From assembly GCA_965200245.1 (NCBI GenBank), contig CBDATS010000002.1:128001-192000 (forward strand): a stretch of DNA of 64,000 nucleotides. Reading direction: 5' to 3'. A program made the translations under genes and the position numbers. The stretch is from a bacterium. GTDB lineage: Bacteria; UBA8248. Shown here piece by piece: positions 43,159 to 52,791 of the stretch; the stretch's first letter is position 1; every line of letters begins with the position of its first letter. The notes beneath the pieces were generated by a model. That model searched no databases and had not been told where the DNA came from. It was given only the letters and a program-made list of their open reading frames with translations.

Positions 43159-44049
43159 CTAGCGAAAACACCTCTCCTGCAGTGGAGCCGCGACGAAACA
43201 TTCGCAACCTTTTCCCTTTTTGCTCTTCACGATGCTGTCAGCCGCTTGCTCGGCTACTCCTTTCCGGCGAAAAAAACCAAAAACCGTGGATCCGCTTCCG
43301 CTCATCATCGCCCGTACGGCACCGTAGCGTAAGAGATCCTCGCACAGGTTCTCAAGCTGCCGGAATCTCGGGAAAACGATTTCTTGCAAGTCGTTGCCGT
43401 ATTCATACCGCCCGAGATGCGCAGGGCTTTTTTCCTTCTCGAAAGTGCGGCCTTCCTGGCCGAGCTGCTCACGGGACCAAGTATAGACATCTTGCGTGGA
43501 CAATGCGACGGGTGGCTTGACAAGCACGAACCAGCCGCTCTTCAAGGCATCTCTCGACTCGACACGCTCGCCCCGCCCCCGGCAGATAGCCGCAGGCCCG
43601 TGGAGAAAGAACGGAACGTCCGATCCGACCTCCGCGGCCACCTTGCAAAGCGCCACCCTGCGCATGCCAAGTCCCCAGGCCCGATTGAGCGCCCAAAGCA
43701 CTCCTGCAGCATTGCCACTCCCCCCGCCCAAGCCCGCACCGGCAGGGATGGACTTTTTCAAATAGATGCGCGCGCCCAGTCCCTTGCGTCCAGACGCCTC
43801 TCGCAAGGCTCTTGCCGCGCGGTGCACGACGTTCTGCCTGCCGTCCGGAACATCGTTCCTGTCCGCATACACAAGAATCCTCCCCCCGCCCGGTTCGATA
43901 CGGATCTCGTCATACAGCGAAATCTGCTGCATCCAGGTCACGATCTCGTGATAGCCATCGGCGCGCAGACCCAGAATCCGCAAGCGAAGGTTGAGTTTCG
44001 CGGGCGTTTTCAAGACTACGGGTTCGGGTACAGTTCGACAACTCGCCAA
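43159..44049 (-). CDS. ispE: 4-diphosphocytidyl-2C-methyl-D-erythritol kinase
   Basis: PAKLNLRL, DGYHE, KSIPAGAGLGGGSGNAA, GSDVPFF and MSGSGST motifs. Confidence 0.95.
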   Translation of the reverse strand: MASCRTVPEPVVLKTPAKLNLRLRILGLRADGYHEIVTWMQQISLYDEIRIEPGGGRILVYADRNDVPDGRQNVVHRAARALREASGRKGLGARIYLKKSIPAGAGLGGGSGNAAGVLWALNRAWGLGMRRVALCKVAAEVGSDVPFFLHGPAAICRGRGERVESRDALKSGWFVLVKPPVALSTQDVYTWSREQLGQEGRTFEKEKSPAHLGRYEYGNDLQEIVFPRFRQLENLCEDLLRYGAVRAMMSGSGSTVFGFFRRKGVAEQAADSIVKSKKGKGCECFVAAPLQERCFR

Positions 44050-44055
44050 AGGAGT

Positions 44056-44916
44056 CTATTCTCCCAACCAAAGCGTCCTGGCGCCACGTGGTGGCTCCAA
44101 GCTGAATAGTCCATCGGGAAGCGCTTGATCCACCTCGTCCTCACCTTCCGGATAGGTGATACGGAGACGGTTCCCTCCCCCGGGCCCGAGAATCTCCACG
44201 TGCGAGGGACGCCACGCTTCCCCGGTCTTTGAAAACGCCCCGTAGCGAACGACAACCACCCCCCGCTGCGTGCGAATTTCCACTTTCACGGGATGAAAAT
44301 CCCGGGGTCCCAACTCGACGAAACCGGAAACCACGGCTTTGGTGTCTTTCTTCGTCTCGAACCTGTAGACGGAAGCCCGTTTTTTCAGTTCGAGATTTTC
44401 CACGCCTCCCAGCACTGCCGCCCAGTCTGCCAACAGCAACTTGATGAAAATTTCGCCCCTCAGCGGAATCCCCAGAATTCCCTCGATTCCGTCCCTGTTC
44501 GTATGGCCCATGAATACGGCGTTGCGCGCGGGGGAATAGGCGCGAAACAGGCCGTCTAGCGCGACCACGACCACCAGGGGCGCACCAAACGGAGAGAGCG
44601 GCTCGATACGCAGCGCATCGGGCTTGCGCAGGACGAGCACAGCCTGGCCGGAGAACGAACCATCGGGAATCAGGGGGTTCTCGCGTCTTGCCTGCGATCG
44701 GTCACCGTGAAAACGCAATTGCATGAATGCAACGCCACGATAGGTGCGGGGATACCGCCTCTGCTCGAGTCTGGCGACGATTTCCCCCCTCGAAGCATCA
44801 AGCGGTACAAGTATCCCCGCTAACCCGGTTTGTATCTCCGTTAGCCCGGTTTGAACGAACGCGCAACCGGACAGCATACAGAACGATACCGCCATCAAAA
44901 GACGTAAGCTACGCAA
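44056..44916 (-). CDS. LolB-like/DUF4292-like lipoprotein
   Basis: Lipobox LSGC; LRIEPLSPFGAPLVVV...LGIPL beta-rich pattern; occupies the lolB position between the TPR gene and ispE. Confidence 0.55.
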   Translation of the reverse strand: MRSLRLLMAVSFCMLSGCAFVQTGLTEIQTGLAGILVPLDASRGEIVARLEQRRYPRTYRGVAFMQLRFHGDRSQARRENPLIPDGSFSGQAVLVLRKPDALRIEPLSPFGAPLVVVVALDGLFRAYSPARNAVFMGHTNRDGIEGILGIPLRGEIFIKLLLADWAAVLGGVENLELKKRASVYRFETKKDTKAVVSGFVELGPRDFHPVKVEIRTQRGVVVVRYGAFSKTGEAWRPSHVEILGPGGGNRLRITYPEGEDEVDQALPDGLFSLEPPRGARTLWLGE

Positions 44917-45004
44917 GAATCAAACGTCCCCGGTGAAAGAAGTCATGAAAGTCTGATCGAGAACCGGCGGAGACGGTCAAAATATCCCCAAAAATCGAAA
45001 ACCC

Positions 45005-46741
45005 CTACATGAGGGGCTTTTTCTTCAGATGCTTCCGAATCTTCCCTTTCAGTTTTTCGTTTTTCGGGTCCGCCTCGACGGCGCGCTTCCAGTGGGTCAG
45101 CGCATTTTCAAGGTCTTGCAGGGCGAGATATATGTCACCCAGGTGATCGAGGATCACGGCGTCCTTGGGCATCTTCGTCGCCGCGTGAAGCACTTTCTCG
45201 AGTGCTTTCCGGAAGCAGCCCTGACGGTAATACACCCATCCGATGCTGTCGAGAAAAGCGGCGTTCTCGGGTTCGATCGCCAACGCGCGATCGAGTAGTT
45301 TTTCTGCCTCGTCGAGATTCCTGTCGAGTTCCGAAAACATGTAGCCCAACAAGTTCAGGGCATTGGCGTGCCTGGGATTGGCTTTTATGATTTTTCTCGT
45401 CGTGGCTTCCACATCGTCCCAGCGCTCGAGCTCGTAATAGACCGAAGCTAGAGAATATAGGTATCCCTCCCGGTCGGGCTCCAGGACCACCGCCTTTTGA
45501 AGGTGGGGCATCGCTTCGGCGAACTTCTTTTGTCTGGACAGTGCCAAACCGCGCGTGTAGCGCACCCGTCCTTCGGTGGGGTGGTGTTTTTCGGCCCGGG
45601 TCAGAACATCTGCCGCTTTCTTCCACTTTTTCTGGTCAATGAACAACCATGCGAGTTGGACGAGCCCGTCCAGCGACCTGGGCGACAGCTTCAGCAATTC
45701 GAGAAGCTCTTCCTCGGCGCGTTCGTATTGCTTCAACTCTTCATAAATTCTCGCCACGTATTTTCGGACCATCTCGTCTTTCGGGTTTCTCGCCAAGACG
45801 AACCGAAACTCCCGAAGCGCATCCTGGTACTCTCTTTGATCGAAGTTCAAGAACCCGAGTGTCCGGTGCACCCCCACGTTGTCAGGCTCCTCCGAACCAA
45901 GCACCTTGAACTCCTCGAGAGCCTGTTTCATATTCTTCTTTTGTATATAGAGCTGGCCCAGGCGAGAGCGAACGAGCCGGTTTCCCGGTTCCAGTTCCTG
46001 CGCCTTCTTGTAGGCAGTTTCCGCATCCTCGAATTTTTTCTGCGCTTCATAGATTCTTGCGAGAAGAAGTCTTCCATTCATGAATTTCGGTTGTCTCTCG
46101 AGGAGCACGATCAGTTCCTGCTCCGCCTCGTCGTATCTCTTCAAGCCCGCATAGGCTCGCGCCAGGTGAAAACCACCCAGAAGTGGCCTGTTTTCCGATC
46201 TGGAGAGAATCTCCAGCGTTTCGGCAGCCTTGAGATAGTTGCCCAGTTCCAGGTAGGCGACGCCCAGAAACAGGCGCGTCTCCTGATTCTCGGGACTCAT
46301 CTCCAGCAACTTGCTGTAGGTATCGACGGCTTCTTCCATCTTCGTCCGGGAAGCGTATATGCCCCCGAGCACGAAGTGAGCCTCCAGGTTCTTCGCATCC
46401 TGCTCCGTCGCCTTGAGCGCGTATTTTTCCGCTTCCTCGAGTTTCCCCTGGCGAACGAGAAGCGACGCCAAGCGGGTAGTCAGAAAAGAGGAGTCCGGGT
46501 TGTTCTCGACCGCCTGGAAATAAGACGATTCCGCATCATTGAGGTTTCCGGCCAACTCTTCCCGGTAGCCGGCGATGAAATGAAAATAGGATTTCGATGT
46601 TTTTCTGATTGTATCGGAAAGAGGACGCAACTTGACTGCAGGAGTGGCGGGCTTCACCTCGGTTTCGGTTTCGAGAGGCACACACCCGGCCAGAACCAAT
46701 GCGAGGGGGAGAATTATCTTGCCGTAGAATTTGATCATCAA
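45005..46741 (-). CDS. TPR-repeat lipoprotein
   Basis: Lipobox LAGC, many TPRs, and C-terminal ALNLLGY...AFLDSIGWVYY...ILDHLGD. Confidence 0.85.
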   Translation of the reverse strand: MMIKFYGKIILPLALVLAGCVPLETETEVKPATPAVKLRPLSDTIRKTSKSYFHFIAGYREELAGNLNDAESSYFQAVENNPDSSFLTTRLASLLVRQGKLEEAEKYALKATEQDAKNLEAHFVLGGIYASRTKMEEAVDTYSKLLEMSPENQETRLFLGVAYLELGNYLKAAETLEILSRSENRPLLGGFHLARAYAGLKRYDEAEQELIVLLERQPKFMNGRLLLARIYEAQKKFEDAETAYKKAQELEPGNRLVRSRLGQLYIQKKNMKQALEEFKVLGSEEPDNVGVHRTLGFLNFDQREYQDALREFRFVLARNPKDEMVRKYVARIYEELKQYERAEEELLELLKLSPRSLDGLVQLAWLFIDQKKWKKAADVLTRAEKHHPTEGRVRYTRGLALSRQKKFAEAMPHLQKAVVLEPDREGYLYSLASVYYELERWDDVEATTRKIIKANPRHANALNLLGYMFSELDRNLDEAEKLLDRALAIEPENAAFLDSIGWVYYRQGCFRKALEKVLHAATKMPKDAVILDHLGDIYLALQDLENALTHWKRAVEADPKNEKLKGKIRKHLKKKPLM

Positions 46742-46775
46742 TTACAACCTCTCCAGCAGTTTCTCACGCCGGATA

Positions 46776-47285
46776 TTACAACGAGCAGGAATCTCCATGC
46801 GCCTGAACGTGGCGAATGAGTTTTTCCGCTGCGCGGCGCAACTGCTCGTCTCCCATCTCTGAGATGGCATCCTGTATGGCAGCGTCATCTGCGGAGGAAA
46901 TCGGCGTCGCCTTACTTGCGAACGCCCTCGACTCGCCTCCTTCCTCATCAAGGTCGAATATCAGGCCCGTGTTCGATAGTCTGAAACGAATATCTGTGAT
47001 GCGCAAATCCCCCAGGTGCTCGTTCACCCTTGCCAGCAAATCCTGCTTCCTGAGTTCGAGTTCATACAACCAACTCGAATCCGCCACTTCCACGAACAGG
47101 CAACTCTTCCTCAGGGATACAGGCCGCGCCGCCCGGGAGATGCCTTCACCGACAGCCCTCGGCCAGATGCGAAAAACGAAATTCCTCGCCAGCCGCCTGC
47201 CCCAGGGTTCTTTCCGGCGCAACTCCTTCAGGATGGATTCGAATTTCCTAGGTTTCGAGAAGGGATGCCTATTCACTCGAAACAC
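46776..47285 (-). CDS. dciA: DUF721/DciA family helicase loader
   Basis: WPRAVGEGISRAARPV...LFVEVADSSWLYEL...LLARVN...ITDIRF pattern. Confidence 0.78.
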   Translation of the reverse strand: MFRVNRHPFSKPRKFESILKELRRKEPWGRRLARNFVFRIWPRAVGEGISRAARPVSLRKSCLFVEVADSSWLYELELRKQDLLARVNEHLGDLRITDIRFRLSNTGLIFDLDEEGGESRAFASKATPISSADDAAIQDAISEMGDEQLRRAAEKLIRHVQAHGDSCSL

Positions 47286-47967
47286 TCCCTTTCAAGAGGG
47301 TTTCGGTGGCCCGTCCACCAGACAACTCCCCGATCGCACTCATCACGCGGTCGATAATCTTCTGACTCGCCTCTTTCGTGTTGGTGATTTCATACTCATC
47401 GCTCAAATCCATCGGCGCGCCGAAGCGTATTTCCACCCTCGTTCCCGGACGGGGCATGATCTTGCCCACCGGTATCACCCGGTCCGTCCCTTTCACGGAA
47501 ACAGGGACGACCGTGGGCATAACGTTTTTCACAATGCGGCCCACCATACGATTTCCCTTCAGAAGCTGTCCGTCGCGGCTCCGCGTACCTTCAGGGTAGA
47601 GGATGACTTTCCCCTCTTTGGTGTATTCCTCGATCATACGGATGGATTTCCTGTCCGCCCCGCCACGCTTGATGGGGAAAGCCCGCCATTTGTACAGTAT
47701 CCAACCTACTACGGGGATGCCGAAAAGCTCTTCCTTTCCGGCCTGGCGAAGGAGTTCTTCGGGGTATTTCGAATATATGGCCCAGGGTATCACCAGGACG
47801 TCGAGAGCGGAGATATGATTGCTCAAAAAGAGAATGTTCCCCCCCGGCGGGATATTCTCCATTCCAGTGATTTTCATTCTGGTAAACAAGCGGACAATAA
47901 GGCCCACAAAGACACGCCCCGCCCTAATCATCACCCGCTCGATCAATGGACCGGTGTCCGCGATCAA
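47269..47967 (-). CDS. plsC: 1-acyl-sn-glycerol-3-phosphate acyltransferase
   Basis: HX4D motif (NHISALD), KEELF, YPEGTRS and VVPV. Confidence 0.88.
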   Translation of the reverse strand: MIADTGPLIERVMIRAGRVFVGLIVRLFTRMKITGMENIPPGGNILFLSNHISALDVLVIPWAIYSKYPEELLRQAGKEELFGIPVVGWILYKWRAFPIKRGGADRKSIRMIEEYTKEGKVILYPEGTRSRDGQLLKGNRMVGRIVKNVMPTVVPVSVKGTDRVIPVGKIMPRPGTRVEIRFGAPMDLSDEYEITNTKEASQKIIDRVMSAIGELSGGRATETLLKGSVSSE

Positions 47968-48208
47968 CTCGGAAATCTCCCCTCATGCAGCACTGAAAAT
48001 TCATTGGATTTCAAGGTTTTCACCAGCCGAACCACCCAGAAGACGCAGGGCGCAAACGCGCAAGGATGGCCGGAGCAACAGTATACCCCCTTGCGATGGA
48101 GAATAACACAAGACGGGAGCGAAAATGAGGTTGCCCGGCAAGAAAGTGGATGCAATAATTTGCGCGCCTTGTCGAGAAACGGCCATTTGCCCGGAAAGGG
48201 AGTTTCGC

Positions 48209-49588
48209 GTGCCCGGTATTAACCCGCTGATATTCAGGGAATACGACATTCGCGGCATCGTGGAGAAAGACCTCACGGCAGAGGTCGCAGAGACCATCGG
48301 CGGCGCCCTCGGAACGTTCCTTGGCGGTGCACGGGGAGCCACAATCGCCGTCGGGCGGGACAACCGCTACTCCTCTTCCGATTTCTACGACACGCTCCAA
48401 AAGGGCCTCACCGCGTCGGGCTGCCGCGTCATCGGGGTCGGTATGGTTCCCACACCGGTGGTTTCCTTCGCGACGCATCACCTCGACGTAAGCGGCGCTG
48501 TCCAGATAACGGGTTCGCACAACCCGCCCGAGTTCAACGGATTCAAGATCACCCGGGGGCGCGAGGCGATACACGGTGCAGAAATCCAGGATATACGGAA
48601 AATCATCGAGGAAGGACGTATTCATCGTGCCGCGGCACGCGGCGCGTTCACGGAAGTCGACATCCGGCCCCAATACATCGAGCGCGCTTCCAGGGATTTG
48701 GCGCTTTCGCGGCCCGTGAAGGTCGTGGTAGATGCAGGGAACGGCGTCGGCGGCACGGTGGCACCCCAGGTTCTGAGAAGAATCGGTGCGGAGGTGGTGG
48801 AACTCTTTACCGAGCCCGACGCCTCTTATCCGAATCACCATCCGGACCCCACGGTGCCCGCAAACCTGGAATCCCTGATCGCCGGGGTGCGAGAATCCGG
48901 TGCGGAGGTCGGCATCGGCCTCGACGGGGATGGGGACCGTATCGGCGCGGTGGACGCCACTGGGCGGATTGTATGGGGAGATGAATTGCTCATGCTGCTT
49001 GCCGCACCGATTCTGGAGAGAACCCCCGGCGAGGCCATCGTCTTCGATGTCAAGTGCTCATCGCGCCTCGCCGACGCCGTGAAGCAAATGGGTGGGCGCC
49101 CCGTGATGAGCGCGACCGGCCACTCGCTCGTGCGCGCCAAGATACTGGAGGAAAAAGCGCTCCTCGGCGGGGAACTCTCCGGCCACATCTTCTTCGTGGA
49201 CGGCTATTTCGGCTATGACGACGCCATCTACACCGCCGCCAGGCTCCTGCATCTTCTCTCCGGTTCTGACGAAACGTTCTCCGATCACGTAGCGAAAATA
49301 CCCGATTCGGTCTCCACGCCCGAGATCCGGGTTGCGTGCCCGGACGAGGAAAAGTTCCAGATCGTGGACAATTTAAAGAATCACTTTATAAATTATTACG
49401 AAACTATTGATATAGATGGTGTTCGAATTAATTTTAAAAGGGGATGGGGTCTCATCAGAGCCTCGAATACGCAGCCCGCACTCGTGATGCGCTTCGAGGC
49501 ACTCGACGAACCCTCCCTGCATACGTACCGCACGGAAGTATACGAGGAAATAAGAAAATACCCCGTCGTCTCCTTGCCAGATGAATAG
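48209..49588 (+). CDS. Phosphomannomutase/phosphoglucomutase (AlgC-like)
   Basis: IFREYDIRG, TGSHNP, PNHHPDP, DGDGDR, GELSGH and RASNTQP; probable GTG start at 48209. Confidence 0.94.
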   Translation: MPGINPLIFREYDIRGIVEKDLTAEVAETIGGALGTFLGGARGATIAVGRDNRYSSSDFYDTLQKGLTASGCRVIGVGMVPTPVVSFATHHLDVSGAVQITGSHNPPEFNGFKITRGREAIHGAEIQDIRKIIEEGRIHRAAARGAFTEVDIRPQYIERASRDLALSRPVKVVVDAGNGVGGTVAPQVLRRIGAEVVELFTEPDASYPNHHPDPTVPANLESLIAGVRESGAEVGIGLDGDGDRIGAVDATGRIVWGDELLMLLAAPILERTPGEAIVFDVKCSSRLADAVKQMGGRPVMSATGHSLVRAKILEEKALLGGELSGHIFFVDGYFGYDDAIYTAARLLHLLSGSDETFSDHVAKIPDSVSTPEIRVACPDEEKFQIVDNLKNHFINYYETIDIDGVRINFKRGWGLIRASNTQPALVMRFEALDEPSLHTYRTEVYEEIRKYPVVSLPDE

Positions 49589-50171
49589 GCTCCGCGAGTT
49601 CTATGATTGGGTGCTGGACTGGGCGGATTCGCGCTACGCCCTGCCTGCCTTGATCGTCGTATCGACGACAGAATCCGTCTTTTTTCCCATACCGCCGGAC
49701 CCGCTTCTGATAGCGCTGGCGCTCGCCAGGCCGCAAAGAGCGTATCTCTACGCCGCCGTCTGCTCGGTTTCTTCCGTGGTGGGCGGGGCACTGGGCTATT
49801 TTGTCGGATTTTATCTCTTCAAAAGCATTGGAGAGTCCATCATCACCTTCTACGGAGTGGCCAATAAATACCAAATCGTTCAAGAGTACTTCCGCGCCTA
49901 TGACGCCTGGGCAGTGGGGATCGCGGGCTTTACGCCGATCCCCTACAAGGTGTTTACTATCTCGGCGGGCGCGTTCCAGATCGATTTCCTGGTGTTCCTC
50001 CTCGCATCGATCGTGAGCCGATCGGCGCGCTTTTTCCTTGAAGCTGCGCTCATTCACCGTTTCGGCCCGGGAATACGGAGTTTCATCGATCGCTACTTTA
50101 ACTTATCAACCATTCTCTTTATCGTATTGCTTGTCGGCGGTTTTCTCCTGTTCAAAGGGTTCCTGAGGTGA
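49581..50171 (+). CDS. DedA/YqaA family membrane protein
   Basis: TESVFFPIPPD, SVVGGALGY, GFTPIPYKVF and SRSARFF motifs. Confidence 0.9.
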   Translation: MNRLREFYDWVLDWADSRYALPALIVVSTTESVFFPIPPDPLLIALALARPQRAYLYAAVCSVSSVVGGALGYFVGFYLFKSIGESIITFYGVANKYQIVQEYFRAYDAWAVGIAGFTPIPYKVFTISAGAFQIDFLVFLLASIVSRSARFFLEAALIHRFGPGIRSFIDRYFNLSTILFIVLLVGGFLLFKGFLR

Positions 50172-51295
50172 GCAGACACAGTTCGGTCCCATTGTGGACG
50201 GTCATCATGGCGGGAGGCGTGGGGACGCGCTTCTGGCCCGTGAGCAGAAAGACGAAACCCAAGCAATTCCTGCCGCCCGGCGGAGGGATTCTCCCGAAAG
50301 GCGGGGGACCATCGCTGCTCGAAACGACACTCAAACGCGCGCGCGGACTTGCAACACCCGAGCGAACGCTCATAGTCGCCTCGGCGTCACACAGGAAACT
50401 TTTGAGAGGTATCGACATCCCGAAACAAAACTTCGTCTACGAACCTGCCGCGAGAAACACCGCGCCATGTCTCGGCCTGGCGGCCCATCTCATCGAATCG
50501 AGAGAACCTGACGCGTTCATGTGCGCTCTGCCCGCGGACCAATACATCGGAAATACGAGGGAGTTTCGAAAACTCGTCAAGTCTGCCGCGCAGCTGGCGC
50601 GCGAGCATGGAGCAATCGTCTCGCTCGGGGCAATACCCCGATCGCCCGAGACCGGCTACGGCTACATCGAACGTGGTAAGCGCACCACGCCAGCGGGCGA
50701 AGTCGAGGCCTTTCGTGCCAAGAGATTCCGCGAAAAACCCCCGCTCGCACAGGCCAGAAGGTATGTGGCATCCGGGAAGCACTACTGGAACAGCGGTATT
50801 TTCGTGTCCCAGACCGCCCGGCTGCTCAATGAACTCGAAGCCCACCTGCCCCGCCTGAACGCTACTTTACGCCGGGCGACGACCGCATTTGACAAACGAG
50901 ACACCTCCGCTTTTGCAAAACTATTCATGCAGTGCGAATCCATCAGCATCGATCACGGAGTGATGGAAAAAACGCGCCGCCTAATCGTTTTGCCGGCCGA
51001 TATCGGCTGGAGTGATCTGGGTACCTGGCCCGCCCTTCGAGATGTCTTGCCACGCGATGAGGCTGGCAACGTCTGGATACTACCCAAAGGAGGCGAAACT
51101 GAATCCATCGACGCAAAGAACCTCATCGTCCGATCCAACAAGAAGTTCGTCGCCGCACTCGGAGTCGAGGACCTCATCGTTGTCGAGGCAGACGATGCGC
51201 TCTTGATCTGTTCGATGGCGGAAGCGGAAAAAATCGGCGAGATGGTCAAACATCTCGGGGGAAAAGGCGGACGATTCCTGAAAACCATCCTGTGA
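50168..51295 (+). CDS. manC: Mannose-1-phosphate guanylyltransferase (no PMI cupin domain)
   Basis: MAGGVGTRFWPVSR...PKQFL, RNTAP, ETGYGYI, FREKP, WNSGIF and WSDLGTW motifs. Confidence 0.9.
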   Translation: MSRHSSVPLWTVIMAGGVGTRFWPVSRKTKPKQFLPPGGGILPKGGGPSLLETTLKRARGLATPERTLIVASASHRKLLRGIDIPKQNFVYEPAARNTAPCLGLAAHLIESREPDAFMCALPADQYIGNTREFRKLVKSAAQLAREHGAIVSLGAIPRSPETGYGYIERGKRTTPAGEVEAFRAKRFREKPPLAQARRYVASGKHYWNSGIFVSQTARLLNELEAHLPRLNATLRRATTAFDKRDTSAFAKLFMQCESISIDHGVMEKTRRLIVLPADIGWSDLGTWPALRDVLPRDEAGNVWILPKGGETESIDAKNLIVRSNKKFVAALGVEDLIVVEADDALLICSMAEAEKIGEMVKHLGGKGGRFLKTIL

Positions 51296-51304
51296 CAGGC
51301 TGAC

Positions 51305-52111
51305 ATGCTCTGGGAAAATGCCCTCATTCTCGGCATCTTGCAAGGTTTGACCGAATTTCTGCCCGTGAGCAGTTCGGGTCATCTCGTTCTGGGCCAGAGC
51401 ATCCTGGGACTGAAAGAACCCGGGTTGCTCTTTGACGTCCTGCTCCACGTCGGTACGCTCGCCGCTGTACTCGTATTCTACGGAAAAGACCTCTGGCGCA
51501 TCGTGCAGGGATGGGTTTCATCCCTGGTGAGAGGAGATGCAAACGCCGCCGCGGCCAGAACAGGGTGGCTCCTGATTCTCGGCTCGGTTCCAGCGGGAAT
51601 CGTGGGGATTTTTCTGGGCGACCTAGTCGAGCAGATGTTCGCCTCGCCGAAACTCGCCGCCTGCGGGCTGCTGGTGACGGGTGTCATCCTGCGTCTCAGC
51701 GAACCCAAGGCAGACGCAGTACGGGAGGAAACCGAGATGACGGCAAAAGATGCCCTGTTCATCGGTATTTTCCAGGCGTTCGCCATTATACCGGGCATTT
51801 CGCGCTCGGGGTCGACTATCGCCGCCGCTCTCATGCAAGGAGTGGCACGGGAGCAGGCCGCGCGCTTCAGTTTCCTGCTCTCCGTGCCGGTCATTGCAGG
51901 CGCGTTCGCGCTCAAGGTGAAAGACCTGGAAGGCTCCCTCGGCACCAAGCTGCTCCCCTACGCCGTCGGCGCGCTCGCCGCGGCGATTGTGGGAGTCGTA
52001 GCCCTGGGCTGGCTCATCCGTCTCGTCCAGGGAGGTAACCTGGCGCGTTTTCGCTACTACTGCTGGGGCACGGGGGCGACCGTCCTCATCTATCTGTTCA
52101 CTGCGGGATAG
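51305..52111 (+). CDS. uppP: Undecaprenyl-diphosphate phosphatase (BacA)
   Basis: QGLTEFLPVSSSGH, PGISRSGST and ARFSFLLS motifs. Confidence 0.95.
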   Translation: MLWENALILGILQGLTEFLPVSSSGHLVLGQSILGLKEPGLLFDVLLHVGTLAAVLVFYGKDLWRIVQGWVSSLVRGDANAAAARTGWLLILGSVPAGIVGIFLGDLVEQMFASPKLAACGLLVTGVILRLSEPKADAVREETEMTAKDALFIGIFQAFAIIPGISRSGSTIAAALMQGVAREQAARFSFLLSVPVIAGAFALKVKDLEGSLGTKLLPYAVGALAAAIVGVVALGWLIRLVQGGNLARFRYYCWGTGATVLIYLFTAG

Positions 52112-52123
52112 CGCACGTACCGC

Positions 52124-52738
52124 CTAGTGCATGGGCGAGAACGAAGCGGGTACCCAAATTTCCGAATTCTGCGAGTCCAGGAACGGACGCGAGCCCGGAG
52201 GCCAGTTCGGCAACTCATGCGCTTTCTTGCGAATCTCGGCGCGATGGTTCATGTCCTCATATGCCCAGACGTGAATCCATTCGTTGAGCGGCCCCACATC
52301 TGTCATGAAGAGCGCAGCCAGCGGCGAGAGTTCTTCCCTGGCTGCGATGTGCTCGGTCCAGCGGCTCAAGACCTCGCCCGTCTTGCCAGGCTGTACAGTG
52401 TAGGTTCTGAACTCGTAGATGCCGCCATATTTCCCAAGGCGCGGCTCGGGACGGAACGAAGGAGCCGTCATTACCTTGCTTTCCTGTTCGACAATGAGGT
52501 GCCCGTTTGGCGGCGGCCACCAGTCCATGGAAGTCGTCTTCGCACGCACCTCGGCGCGGTGATTCATGCTCTCGTAATGCCAGATGTGCCTTATGCGGTT
52601 CAGGTCCCCGACCTCGGTATGGAAAAATCCCATAATCGGAGAAAGCTCGTTTCTCTTGTCGATGACTTTCGAGAAATTCTCCTCGAACTCGGCCACGCCG
52701 CCGACAGTGAGCCTATAAGTGCGCATTTCATAGATCAT
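52124..52738 (-). CDS. NIPSNAP family protein with two tandem domains
   Basis: Two copies of IYExRTY...G.LN...H.W.YE.MNHRAE.R; GGAGG RBS; C-terminal PASFSPMH. Confidence 0.88.
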   Translation of the reverse strand: MIYEMRTYRLTVGGVAEFEENFSKVIDKRNELSPIMGFFHTEVGDLNRIRHIWHYESMNHRAEVRAKTTSMDWWPPPNGHLIVEQESKVMTAPSFRPEPRLGKYGGIYEFRTYTVQPGKTGEVLSRWTEHIAAREELSPLAALFMTDVGPLNEWIHVWAYEDMNHRAEIRKKAHELPNWPPGSRPFLDSQNSEIWVPASFSPMH

Positions 52739-52791
52739 ACAAAACCTCCTCGAAGTTGGTTTTGGAAAATGGAGTTCCCTGAAGTGTAAGC

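Noticed and set aside
49378-49405. Possible dif site in the AT-rich patch
   Set aside because: Only the terminal AAACT resembles a XerD arm; the TTATG core and a matching XerC arm are absent.
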